A stretch of 39,366 bases of DNA, from IMG/VR virus record IMGVR_UViG_3300045988_130974, positions 1 to 39,366 of that record; one strand, given 5' to 3'. Origin of the DNA: a virus. This document shows positions 24,018 to 31,515 of this stretch, in pieces. The position numbers and the translations under genes are program-made. Position 1 is the first letter of the stretch. Each line of letters starts with the position of its first letter. Below the pieces are notes generated by a model that was not told the origin of the DNA, did not search any database, and saw only the letters and a program-made list of their open reading frames with translations.

Positions 24018-25244
24018 TCAGAAATACCTTGAACGAATCGTCCGTGCTTGGTTGTCGCGGTGTTGGTTAAATACTGCATAGCGTAGGCTGTCCATCACGT
24101 GGTCGTTCTCTTTGACAGGCTCGCCGGTCTTGTCGTCCCAGACGTACTGATAAATTTCGTCCAGAAACTGGTCAACGCCTTCTTTGACAACATAGAACTT
24201 GCCTTGTTTCATATACTCGCTGACCTTTTCAATACCCGCCATTTTTGCTTTGTTAGCGTTACGGGCTTGAATACCAGCTTGTTGAAATTCGCTCACGTTG
24301 TCAGGCCGTGCCGAATCGCACCAAAAAAGGATATTCCGGCCGTACTTGGCTTGAATATCCTTCGCAATGTTTTTCCAATACTCGATGAATTTAAACTGTT
24401 TCGTGTGCTCTTCGATTAAATAGACGTTGCCTTGCTTATCATCGCCAAAAACAGTGATAACACCGGCATGGTCAAAACCCCAGTCGACACCGCAATAATA
24501 GCTTAAATCGTCCGGTAAGTCCTGCTTGTCTATCATCATCGTTCGCTTGTTAAAATCACGATAAACAACGCCATCACCACTGACCCATAAGCCTAAAATA
24601 TCACGATCGTAAAAAACCCCGCTCGGTTTAGACGCCTTCAAAGATTCGACATAATCGGCTGATAGCGTTGGGTTATCGTCAATCGTGAAATTAAAGTATA
24701 TCGTTCTCGCTTTGGGGTCGTCCTTATCAATATGATTAACCTTAAGCCAATGCTGCGGGTTATCTGGGTTTGTGTCGCAAATAATCTTGCTATTAGGTTT
24801 TGAACAACGGTTATTGATTTCTTCGAAAACTCGCTCATTTGCCAAGCTGGCCTCGTTTACGTAAGCGCCATATGAAGTAAAACCACGTGCACCGGCTAAC
24901 CCACGAATAGAATCTGTGTAGATTGGCGTAATATCAACGCCAAACAAATGAAAATGGTTATGACGGTCTGGTGGTAAATCAATACCAAACGTGTTTGAAA
25001 TACTCAAAATTACGTTGTTATAAATTGAACCGCTAGACGCACCGGCCAAGATATATTGCGGGTGTTTTTCGCCTTCTAATTCTGCTTGCTTGGCAACTCT
25101 ACGTAACTCAAGCAGGAACAAATAGTTATTAATGTATGTCTTACCGCTCCGAACCGCTCCAGATAGTATCATCATACGAAAATCTTCATTTAGATACGTA
25201 TGCAGAACCTTATTCTGCTTTTCCGTAAATAAATCAGTTAGCAT
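24018..25244 (-). CDS. terL: Terminase large subunit
   Basis: Walker A motif LSGAVRSGKTY and a C-terminal nuclease region. ATG at 25244 overlaps the terS end. Confidence 0.9.
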   Translation of the reverse strand: MLTDLFTEKQNKVLHTYLNEDFRMMILSGAVRSGKTYINNYLFLLELRRVAKQAELEGEKHPQYILAGASSGSIYNNVILSISNTFGIDLPPDRHNHFHLFGVDITPIYTDSIRGLAGARGFTSYGAYVNEASLANERVFEEINNRCSKPNSKIICDTNPDNPQHWLKVNHIDKDDPKARTIYFNFTIDDNPTLSADYVESLKASKPSGVFYDRDILGLWVSGDGVVYRDFNKRTMMIDKQDLPDDLSYYCGVDWGFDHAGVITVFGDDKQGNVYLIEEHTKQFKFIEYWKNIAKDIQAKYGRNILFWCDSARPDNVSEFQQAGIQARNANKAKMAGIEKVSEYMKQGKFYVVKEGVDQFLDEIYQYVWDDKTGEPVKENDHVMDSLRYAVFNQHRDNQARTIRSRYF

Positions 25245-25731
25245 TCTCTTCACTATCCTTGCGTTCGATTGTAGTAAGCATTTTATCAATCAGCACTTCG
25301 ACATCTGCGCCGTTTTCTTCAAGCGACTTTGCCCTTGCCTCCGCCACTCGTGCATCGGCATTAGCCTTACGAACCTTAGCCCGTGTAAGCTCAGGCGTAT
25401 CGTTATCAGACAGCATGCCGGCCATTTTTAAAATGGTAGTCGCTGATTGTAGCTGAACCATTTCTGATTTAGCTTCTAACAACTCTTTCAGCTTCTTAAG
25501 TGCCTTACTTTCGTAGTCATTTTTAACAACAAGTGATCGGTACTGTTTTTGCGCTGCCTTGAACAGCTCTTCGTTTTTCCAACTACTCAAAGTAGACCTG
25601 CTTCGGCCAACTGACTTAGCAATTTCTTCATCGGTCAACTCGTCTTCAAACAGCAACATAACCGCTTTTTGCCGACGCTTGTCCAACTTATAAAAAGGCC
25701 CGTCTTGTCCCGTTTTGTTTACTTTACTCAT
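25234..25731 (-). CDS. terS: Terminase small subunit (HTH-containing)
   Basis: LTDEEIAKSVGRSRSTLSSWK is the HTH, followed by a coiled-coil C-terminus. Directly upstream of, and overlapping, terL. Confidence 0.7.
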   Translation of the reverse strand: MSKVNKTGQDGPFYKLDKRRQKAVMLLFEDELTDEEIAKSVGRSRSTLSSWKNEELFKAAQKQYRSLVVKNDYESKALKKLKELLEAKSEMVQLQSATTILKMAGMLSDNDTPELTRAKVRKANADARVAEARAKSLEENGADVEVLIDKMLTTIERKDSEENAN

Positions 25732-25766
25732 GGCATATCACCACACCTCGTTTCATCAAAATAAAA

Positions 25767-25792
25767 AGCGATAGCCGTTAAGCTATCACGCT
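25767..25792 (-). terminator. Intrinsic terminator just upstream of terS
   Basis: The minus strand reads AGCGtGATAGCttaacgGCTATCGCT followed by TTTTTATTTTG. It overlaps the stop of the 78-aa ORF. Confidence 0.55.
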
Positions 25793-26022
25793 TTGATATA
25801 CTTATTTTTCCATATCGCCCTATCGAATCGCTGTTCAATCGTGCCAGCCGGCGACAAGATCATTTCATAACCATCTTTGCATTTTGTAGTAACCGTATCA
25901 TATCCGGTTTCGCCATCTTCATAAACTTCAGCAACTATCAAGCCTTCTATATCGCTTGCGTTGATAGCGTGCATTTTGCCTTCGATGTCAGGCACTAAAT
26001 AAATAACATTTGATCGTTCCAT
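25786..26022 (-). CDS. Hypothetical protein (78 aa)
   Basis: ATG at 26022 after GAGGTG. No recognisable motif. Confidence 0.5.
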   Translation of the reverse strand: MERSNVIYLVPDIEGKMHAINASDIEGLIVAEVYEDGETGYDTVTTKCKDGYEMILSPAGTIEQRFDRAIWKNKYIKA

Positions 26023-26030
26023 TTCGCACC

Positions 26031-26210
26031 TCACAACTTCATTTTCGGCGGTTTAACGCTATACCTGACCTTTTTATCAATCTTCTTCTTAACGGGCTCG
26101 TGTCGCTCATTCTCGGCCTTGTGCCGCTCTCTGCATATCCGGTCAGCATAAGCCAACATGATATACTCAGACCGGCTACTGACTAGCCCGTATTTCTTTG
26201 TGATAAACAT
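26031..26210 (-). CDS. Hypothetical basic protein (59 aa)
   Basis: ATG at 26210 after AGGAGAGCGAACGA. The longer ORF-track version to 26318 would read through a terminator hairpin. Confidence 0.45.
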   Translation of the reverse strand: MFITKKYGLVSSRSEYIMLAYADRICRERHKAENERHEPVKKKIDKKVRYSVKPPKMKL

Positions 26211-26238
26211 TCGTTCGCTCTCCTGACCAAATAAAAAA

Positions 26239-26256
26239 GACGGGCCGAAACCCGTC
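26239..26256 (-). terminator. Intrinsic terminator downstream of tRNA-Tyr
   Basis: The minus strand reads GACGGGtttcggCCCGTC followed by TTTTTTATTT. Confidence 0.65.
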
Positions 26257-26363
26257 AATTGAAACTGATGCATAAGCAGCACGCCAACGACCACTGTCAA
26301 CGTACACGCTAAAACCATTTATTAAATCAACGAAAAATAGTTTTATTTTTTGCCCGTAGGCAA

Positions 26364-26444
26364 TGGAAATGGTAGGAATCGAACCTACGAACCCGAAGGA
26401 ACGGTTTTACAGACCGTCGCGTTTTCCATCTTCGCTACATTTCC
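26364..26444 (-). tRNA. tRNA-Tyr (anticodon GTA), class II with short extra arm, no encoded CCA
   Basis: Hand-folded cloverleaf. Acceptor GGAAATG/CATTTCC, 3-bp D stem GCG/CGC with GG in the loop. Anticodon stem ACGGT/ACCGT with loop CTGTAAA. Extra arm CC-TTCG-GG. T arm GTAGG-TTCGATT-CCTAC. Discriminator A. Confidence 0.9.
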
Positions 26445-27021
26445 AAAACCCGCCGGCGTTGATAAGGAACACCATGCCGGAAGGATTATATGCAAAGGAT
26501 TATGCAACCCGTTTCAAATTATGCCATCCCTGGCAAAGGATAGGTAGTGGACTCGCACCACTTTTTGCATGCTGCTAACGCCGGTAGATCGTTCAAGTAA
26601 CGTTAGCAACAAGCCCACCTGGGACCTTCCAACTATCTGTCGTGTCTTCCAGATAGTAACACCGTAAGACGGAATCGCACCGCCTCGCAAATGATCAGTA
26701 TTGGAGCGATCAAGTTTAAAGGTTTACGGAAGTAATCATTTGCCATCTTATACGGTATGAAAAAGCAAGTTTCCTTGCTTTAGTAGGTAAAAAGTCGCTT
26801 TGCAATCGCGAATATTTTTTATTGCGCATGCAAGCCTAGAAATCAAAGTATGACTAAATTAAACAATCGTCTTGAAAGGATTTCATTTCCAACAAATTTG
26901 AAAGACCATCGGAACAGAAAGGTTATATGCCATCTCTGGCACAATACCAATATACCGCATTTTCAAGGTTTATTTAATCCCCTCTTAGTACCCCAATTGG
27001 TACTACCTTATATACCACTTT
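26445..27021 (-). ncRNA. Candidate large structured non-coding RNA (ROOL/GOLLD-like context)
   Basis: 577 nt with no credible ORF on the transcribed strand and many perfect hairpins: ACTATCTG/CAGATAGT, TGCTAACG/CGTTAGCA, TAGTACC/GGTACTA, CCGGC/GCCGG. Two T-arm look-alikes are present (GGCGG-TGCGATT-CCGTC and AGTGG-TGCGAGT-CCACT). Abuts tRNA-Tyr on the same strand. Confidence 0.4.
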
Positions 27022-27513
27022 TTAAGCAGTGGCTTTTTTCATGATTGTAAACGTTGGGAATAGATCTTCAACTTGGTACTTTGCAATGGCTGTTTCGATC
27101 GTTTCTGAAAACTCATAGCATGCGAATTTCTCTGACTTGTGCCAGCTCTTGTTGCTACTGATATGCAGCAGCTCTTTGACGTCTTCTACTTGTTCCCGTT
27201 TTACGAACCGGTTTTTCAGAATAACACGGCTTTCTTCGCTCAGACAATTGTTGATTGCGTCATACACCGCATTTAACGCACGTGAATACTCCGTGTGAGC
27301 GATAAAGGCGTCTTCGTTGTGATTTCCACCACTACCACCAAAACCGCCGTCAGCAGACAATGACGGGCTTTTAATGTCGCCTGACCCTGCCTTGCGTAGA
27401 ATATGACTAAACGTCCGCTTGTTGAATCCATCATCAAAAAAGAAATCGCGCACCGCTTGACGGGTTGCCTGCTCATCGATTTCGTCAAATAATTCTGCTT
27501 GTTTAACTGCCAT
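27022..27513 (-). CDS. ArpU-family late transcriptional regulator
   Basis: The pattern ELFDEIDEQATRQAVRDFF...EYSRALNAVYDAINNCLSEESRVILKNRF matches ArpU/RinA-like regulators. It is the last early gene before the packaging region. Confidence 0.7.
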   Translation of the reverse strand: MAVKQAELFDEIDEQATRQAVRDFFFDDGFNKRTFSHILRKAGSGDIKSPSLSADGGFGGSGGNHNEDAFIAHTEYSRALNAVYDAINNCLSEESRVILKNRFVKREQVEDVKELLHISSNKSWHKSEKFACYEFSETIETAIAKYQVEDLFPTFTIMKKATA

Positions 27514-27516
27514 GCC

Positions 27517-28056
27517 CTAACCCCTTTCGACTACATAGCGACCCAGATATGGCTTTTCTTGCCGGCGTTTCAAATAGTTGTGTAGCGCATGAGCTTTAAA
27601 GCCTAACGCCCGTTCTGCTGCTTGAATGCTGATATAGTGCATGACTTTACCTAGCTTTAAATCTTTAATGGTGATTTCCACGCCATGCCTTTTAAATGAC
27701 GGCAACTTTTGGTGCATAACCTTTAGCGCGCCGTTTCTTCGAACATAGTAAAGATAGCCGCTTCTAGAAATTGGCACGTTCTCGATAACCCAATGCCAGC
27801 TTTTACCCTGCTCTAGTGCTTCCTTCTGTTTTGCGTAAATTTCAGCTTCAATGGCAAAGTTGTCAACGCTTTGTCCGGGCTTGTGATAGCTTGCCCGCAT
27901 TTCCTTAATCATCTCTTGCAGCTTTTTGTACTTCGCTGTTGCCGTTTCGCCGTCTGGGCAACCATCATCGTCCAGAAAGTCATACTCCAGATATAAATCG
28001 GGGTACGTTGTTCGATACCAGTTCTCCAACTGGCAAAACTCTTCCATGTCAATCAT
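27517..28056 (-). CDS. Hypothetical protein with NUMOD1/I-TevI-like C-terminal DNA-binding segment
   Basis: The C-terminal VEITIKDLKLGKVMHYISIQAAERALGFKAHALHNYLKRR resembles homing-endonuclease DNA-binding modules. No nuclease motif was seen. Confidence 0.45.
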   Translation of the reverse strand: MIDMEEFCQLENWYRTTYPDLYLEYDFLDDDGCPDGETATAKYKKLQEMIKEMRASYHKPGQSVDNFAIEAEIYAKQKEALEQGKSWHWVIENVPISRSGYLYYVRRNGALKVMHQKLPSFKRHGVEITIKDLKLGKVMHYISIQAAERALGFKAHALHNYLKRRQEKPYLGRYVVERG

Positions 28057-28158
28057 CTAACCAACCACCATTTTCAAGACTGCCAATGCTACTAACGCCC
28101 AGAACAACAAACACAAAGTTAAGACAAAGTCTAATCCGTTCCAGTTTCTATTATTCAT
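28057..28158 (-). CDS. Putative 33-aa single-TM peptide
   Basis: Hand translation gives MNNRNWNGLDFVLTLCLLFWALVALAVLKMVVG. It fills the gap exactly, with ATGAATAA and TAGATG couplings to its neighbours. Confidence 0.35.
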   Translation of the reverse strand: MNNRNWNGLDFVLTLCLLFWALVALAVLKMVVG

Positions 28159-28387
28159 GCTGCCCCTCGCTTTCGATTACATGCCTTCCAGTCGTATATA
28201 CGCTTTCCCAACCGGTTAAGATCTTCGGAAAGTGCTTTGAGTAGTAATGCCCTTCATCGTTGTACATCTCATCAAGCAGCACGGTTTTATTCAGCTTGTT
28301 CAGCTCGACGATTTGATACAACCTAAAACCGTCGATCAGCGTTACCAGTTCGTTGTTGCGGAATGCTCGCTCTACGTCGTTAATCAT
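28151..28387 (-). CDS. Hypothetical protein (78 aa)
   Basis: ATG at 28387 after GGTGGGGTGGGGAA. Ends ...EGQHE. Confidence 0.5.
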   Translation of the reverse strand: MINDVERAFRNNELVTLIDGFRLYQIVELNKLNKTVLLDEMYNDEGHYYSKHFPKILTGWESVYTTGRHVIESEGQHE

Positions 28388-28673
28388 TTCCCCACCCCAC
28401 CAATTCGATAATTGCGTTATCATTCAAGTGATGTTCAATAGCTAACTTATTCCTTGAATAAGCTTCAAATACTTCTTTTTCTCTGGATTTCATTTCAATT
28501 ATTTTTTCGCGTTTATAATTTTGTTTTCTGAACTTACGCGGTCGGCCTAGATTTTCATATTTCCGAAGCAATTTATAGTAAAAACCCTTTTCGTCGTATA
28601 CTTTCAACCATTTTCGATAAGGAATAATAACGTAGTTATCTTCCTTGTGCTGTTTTGCTCGTCTAGTGCTCAT
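28380..28673 (-). CDS. Basic small protein, paralog 2 (MSTRRAKQHKED...RPRKFRK)
   Basis: Shares the N-terminus and the GRPRKFRK motif with the upstream gene. The start is embedded in the conserved junction ATGAGCACTAG. Confidence 0.55.
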   Translation of the reverse strand: MSTRRAKQHKEDNYVIIPYRKWLKVYDEKGFYYKLLRKYENLGRPRKFRKQNYKREKIIEMKSREKEVFEAYSRNKLAIEHHLNDNAIIELVGWGND

Positions 28674-28950
28674 GCTGTTCCTCCTTTGTTGCCCAAAACG
28701 GTTCAAATGGATCCTGGTCAAACGGAGCTTTTACGAACCGCAGCAATCCTAGTGGCTCCGTCTTCAGGCTTTTATTTTCAATCTCTTTCGCGCGATGATA
28801 AGCACGTTTACGGAATTTGCGCGGTCGGTCAGCGAATTTCCTAATATCCTTATGCATAAGCCCTTCTTGGTCGAATGTTTTCCAGAATTTTCTAGCCTTG
28901 ACATCTAGAAAGACATCGCGCTTGTGGCTTCGTGCTCGTCTAGTGCTCAT
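28663..28950 (-). CDS. Basic small protein, paralog 1 (MSTRRARSHKRD...RPRKFRK)
   Basis: Tandem paralog of 28380..28673. Ends EEQHEH, with the stop inside the next gene's start junction. Confidence 0.55.
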   Translation of the reverse strand: MSTRRARSHKRDVFLDVKARKFWKTFDQEGLMHKDIRKFADRPRKFRKRAYHRAKEIENKSLKTEPLGLLRFVKAPFDQDPFEPFWATKEEQHEH

Positions 28951-29251
28951 GCTGATCACCATCAAAAAATGCATCTAAGTACTCACCACACAACTCAATT
29001 AAATTGCCAAACAGAACAGAGTTATCTTTATCGACGTAGATAGAGTCTAGATCAATTACTGGGGTCTCATCGACAGTGGTCAATTCAAATACAGTATCGT
29101 TGCCATAGGTGATCAAAACATTTCCTTTTTTGCTAAGGCTAACAAAACTGCCGTTTAAATTTGCCTCAGTATTTTCTAAAACTTTAAAACCTAGATGGTT
29201 ATCAAGTGCTTTGAGTTTCTTGCTAAACTCGTTGATTCGTTTACTGCTCAT
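28940..29251 (-). CDS. Hypothetical protein (103 aa)
   Basis: GGAGGA RBS. Ends GDQHEH with the same 11-nt overlap junction. Confidence 0.55.
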   Translation of the reverse strand: MSSKRINEFSKKLKALDNHLGFKVLENTEANLNGSFVSLSKKGNVLITYGNDTVFELTTVDETPVIDLDSIYVDKDNSVLFGNLIELCGEYLDAFFDGDQHEH

Positions 29252-29262
29252 CGTTCGTCCTC

Positions 29263-29469
29263 CTAATCAATAATCGTTGGCTTTTTGATTGAATCAATAT
29301 CGATTTTTTTAGCATGAAAATCTGTAGTTTGATAAGTGATGCCTCGCAGCTGCATACGCCAATTTAAGTGGTTGACAATCAGGCCGACTGCTTGTTTTTT
29401 GCAACCAGCAGCCACTATCCAATTACCGATATGCCGACGACCAGAAAAAGTCACTTTATATAATTTCAT
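29263..29469 (-). CDS. Hypothetical protein (68 aa)
   Basis: ATG at 29469 after AAGGGGGA. Confidence 0.5.
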   Translation of the reverse strand: MKLYKVTFSGRRHIGNWIVAAGCKKQAVGLIVNHLNWRMQLRGITYQTTDFHAKKIDIDSIKKPTIID

Positions 29470-29800
29470 AATCGTCCCCCTTAAACTCAATCCACGCGTA
29501 GATAGCGAGAATTGCCTGAATTAGCTGACTATCGTGTGGCGCTTGTAACTCTTCGTGCTCACCTTTCATCTTGCAGCCATAGCGTTTGCAAATCTTCTTA
29601 ACAGCGCCGACTTCTCGCCAGGTTGGCACGAAGTAGTCGAGATTAAATGCCGTATATCCGTCATCGGTAAAGTAGTTTTCATCGGATTTTCGATAAATTG
29701 TGATTCCGTAATCAAGGCAGTCAACAAATTCGGTATCATATGCAATCCAATCCACTTTGCCATTCTTTAAAATCACACGCTTGTGTCCAATCAAAGCCAT
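29456..29800 (-). CDS. Hypothetical protein (114 aa)
   Basis: Intact ORF in the early operon. No motif recognised. Confidence 0.5.
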   Translation of the reverse strand: MALIGHKRVILKNGKVDWIAYDTEFVDCLDYGITIYRKSDENYFTDDGYTAFNLDYFVPTWREVGAVKKICKRYGCKMKGEHEELQAPHDSQLIQAILAIYAWIEFKGDDYEII

Positions 29801-29803
29801 TTG

Positions 29804-29980
29804 TCACAGCTCCTTTGCAATAATCCATACTTCCTTGCACAGCAATGCAGATCCAAATACGATTGCAGCTGTCTTCAGAACATTCAGAACGACTTCTCGT
29901 TGATCCCAGACCACCCGGATAGCGGCTGCAGTCAAACTAAAAAAGCTGACTACAATAGCAACATTTAAAAATCGTTTCAT
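29804..29980 (-). CDS. Small membrane protein (58 aa, two TM segments)
   Basis: MKRFLNVAIVVSFFSLTAAAIRVVW...AAIVFGSALLCKEVWIIA. ATGA overlap with the upstream ORF. Confidence 0.5.
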   Translation of the reverse strand: MKRFLNVAIVVSFFSLTAAAIRVVWDQREVVLNVLKTAAIVFGSALLCKEVWIIAKEL

Positions 29981-30126
29981 TGCCAATGCCTCATTTCCTT
30001 TTCTCGCTCCGTTCGATATGCCCGCCAACGTGGACCAGAAACACCTGGCCCGTTGGCACGATAGCAGCGCTTGAATGCTTTCAATGCAAGCACAAGCCCC
30101 ACATGTTCCCGCGCCCGTTTTGTCAT
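29977..30126 (-). CDS. Small basic protein (49 aa) sharing its first 8 codons with the dUTPase gene
   Basis: Hand translation gives MTKRAREHVGLVLALKAFKRCYRANGPGVSGPRWRAYRTEREKEMRHWQ. Its start lies within direct-repeat copy A. Confidence 0.4.
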   Translation of the reverse strand: MTKRAREHVGLVLALKAFKRCYRANGPGVSGPRWRAYRTEREKEMRHWQ

Positions 30127-30175
30127 CTAGATAGTCCCTTCCTTTAGCATTTTCGCGATACGTTTTTCAGCACTG
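30103..30175. repeat. Direct repeat copy A (about 73 bp) downstream of the dUTPase cassette
   Basis: Hand alignment with 30672..30744 gives about 62 of 73 identical positions. Confidence 0.8.
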
Positions 30176-30231
30176 CTGATTGCTCGTTCAAGTTCGCAAG
30201 CCGTGACGCTAACTTCCTTGTATTCTTTCAT
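30127..30231 (-). CDS. 34-aa ORF duplicating the C-terminus of the 104-aa protein
   Basis: MKEYKEVSVTACELERAISSAEKRIAKMLKEGTI compares with ...ALVDSAEKRIAKMLKEGAI. ATGA overlap with the dUTPase stop. Confidence 0.4.
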   Translation of the reverse strand: MKEYKEVSVTACELERAISSAEKRIAKMLKEGTI

Positions 30232-30695
30232 TTTCCAGTGCTCCCAAATCCATCGTTGCCACGTCCATCTGAACTTTCGCCGATGTTGTCTACAACAGTT
30301 GCGTCTTTGTCGTACTTTGGCATCCACACTTTTATGATGACCAGCTGTGTTATCTTGTCGCCATTGCTGATGCTGTAATCATGGTCGCCGTTGTTGTACA
30401 GCTTGACGCGAATTGAACCAGTATAGCCACGATCAATCAATCCTGTTGCCGTCAGGTCGTGTTTGGTGTTTAAACCGCTTTTGGCAACAATCAGTCCTGC
30501 ACAACCGGCCGGAATTTTTACGTGAACGCCAGTGTTGATAATTACGCTATCGTGAGCCTTGACTTCTGCATCAACTGGCGAATACAGGTCAAAACCAGCA
30601 TCGTCCATATGTCCGCGAGTAGGCTTGTAGGCTCCTTCGTCCAACTGCACCGCTAAGATGTCTAAATCGTTATGTTCCCGTGCTCGTTTTGTCAT
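30228..30695 (-). CDS. dut: dUTPase (trimeric dUTP diphosphatase)
   Basis: Motifs AGFDLYS, GLIDRGYTG and a C-terminal RGNDGFGSTGK. Confidence 0.9.
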   Translation of the reverse strand: MTKRAREHNDLDILAVQLDEGAYKPTRGHMDDAGFDLYSPVDAEVKAHDSVIINTGVHVKIPAGCAGLIVAKSGLNTKHDLTATGLIDRGYTGSIRVKLYNNGDHDYSISNGDKITQLVIIKVWMPKYDKDATVVDNIGESSDGRGNDGFGSTGK

Positions 30696-30744
30696 TTAGA
30701 TTGCCCCTTCCTTCAACATTTTCGCAATACGCTTTTCAGCGCTA
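30672..30744. repeat. Direct repeat copy B (about 73 bp) upstream of the dUTPase cassette
   Basis: It spans the last 16 codons of the 104-aa gene plus the first 8 codons of dut. Matches 30103..30175. Confidence 0.8.
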
Positions 30745-31010
30745 TCAACCAGTGCAGCATATGCCTGCATGGTCTTAATTTCATCATCGTTATTTGCCGT
30801 CTGCTTGATATACTCGTCAAACGCAGCACTTAGTTTGCGTCCGCAGTACCAGCGCCGCAGCTCAACCACTTTACCAGTATCCTTCAGCGTGGCTTCAGTG
30901 CGGAATACGCCTTTGACACCGACAGACTTAAGCCCATCGTTAGTGTTTAGCGTTAGCAATAAATCCTTTGACTGTTCATTGTTTTCAGTCCCTTTGTAGC
31001 TTGATACCAT
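30696..31010 (-). CDS. Hypothetical protein (104 aa)
   Basis: Intact ORF. Its C-terminus is duplicated after dut. Confidence 0.55.
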   Translation of the reverse strand: MVSSYKGTENNEQSKDLLLTLNTNDGLKSVGVKGVFRTEATLKDTGKVVELRRWYCGRKLSAAFDEYIKQTANNDDEIKTMQAYAALVDSAEKRIAKMLKEGAI

Positions 31011-31012
31011 GC

Positions 31013-31504
31013 CTAATCCTCATCGACTTCTTCAGCAGCACGCCATAAATTCACGTTAGCGAAGGCTTCGTCCGTTTGCATATCACCGATTTCAACAGCC
31101 GTAAATGTGGCTTTTTGGTTGCTCATCTTGGCAATCTTTAGTGATGTTACGTTCCATGAATCAGTGCCTTCTGCCCGTGTCAGATAGCCATAATCTGTGT
31201 TTAGCATCTTGATATAGTATTTTTGTTTAAGCTGGCCATCGAAATACTCGTACAGTTGGCCGATAATATCACGCAGCACTACACGATCGGTCTTGTTGCT
31301 CCGTTCTGGCACAAAATCAATCATGAACCGACCTGGCTTATCACCTTCGTAGATATATGAATTTGCTACCAGCTCATCGTTCAGTTGGTCATACAGCCGA
31401 ATGGCAAAGCTGTTTTGTGAGCTTACTTTTGCAACGGCATAGGTGTAATGAAACGTCCCGATTGCATTCTTAGTGATTTCGCTTAACTTTTCTTTAGTCA
31501 ACAT
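31013..31504 (-). CDS. Hypothetical protein (163 aa)
   Basis: Intact ORF with an acidic C-terminus. Family not recognised with confidence. Confidence 0.5.
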   Translation of the reverse strand: MLTKEKLSEITKNAIGTFHYTYAVAKVSSQNSFAIRLYDQLNDELVANSYIYEGDKPGRFMIDFVPERSNKTDRVVLRDIIGQLYEYFDGQLKQKYYIKMLNTDYGYLTRAEGTDSWNVTSLKIAKMSNQKATFTAVEIGDMQTDEAFANVNLWRAAEEVDED

Positions 31505-31515
31505 TTGTCATACTC

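Noticed and set aside
26031-26318. The 95-aa ORF-track version with a hydrophobic N-terminus.
   Set aside because: The extension runs through the GACGGG/CCCGTC terminator hairpin and its T tract. An internal ATG at 26210 has a strong RBS.
26364-26444. The phage tRNA might be a suppressor that reads the in-frame TAA at 9115..9117.
   Set aside because: The anticodon loop is CTGTAAA, giving anticodon GTA (normal Tyr), not TTA or CTA. Nothing in the sequence supports suppression.
26500-26760. Two further tRNA genes suggested by T-arm-like hairpins (GGCGG-TGCGATT-CCGTC, AGTGG-TGCGAGT-CCACT) with 6-7 bp acceptor-like pairings.
   Set aside because: The elements are about 97-100 nt long. They have G instead of the invariant U55 in the loop, no 5-bp/7-nt anticodon arm and no proper D arm. 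They are better treated as tRNA-like modules of a larger structured RNA.
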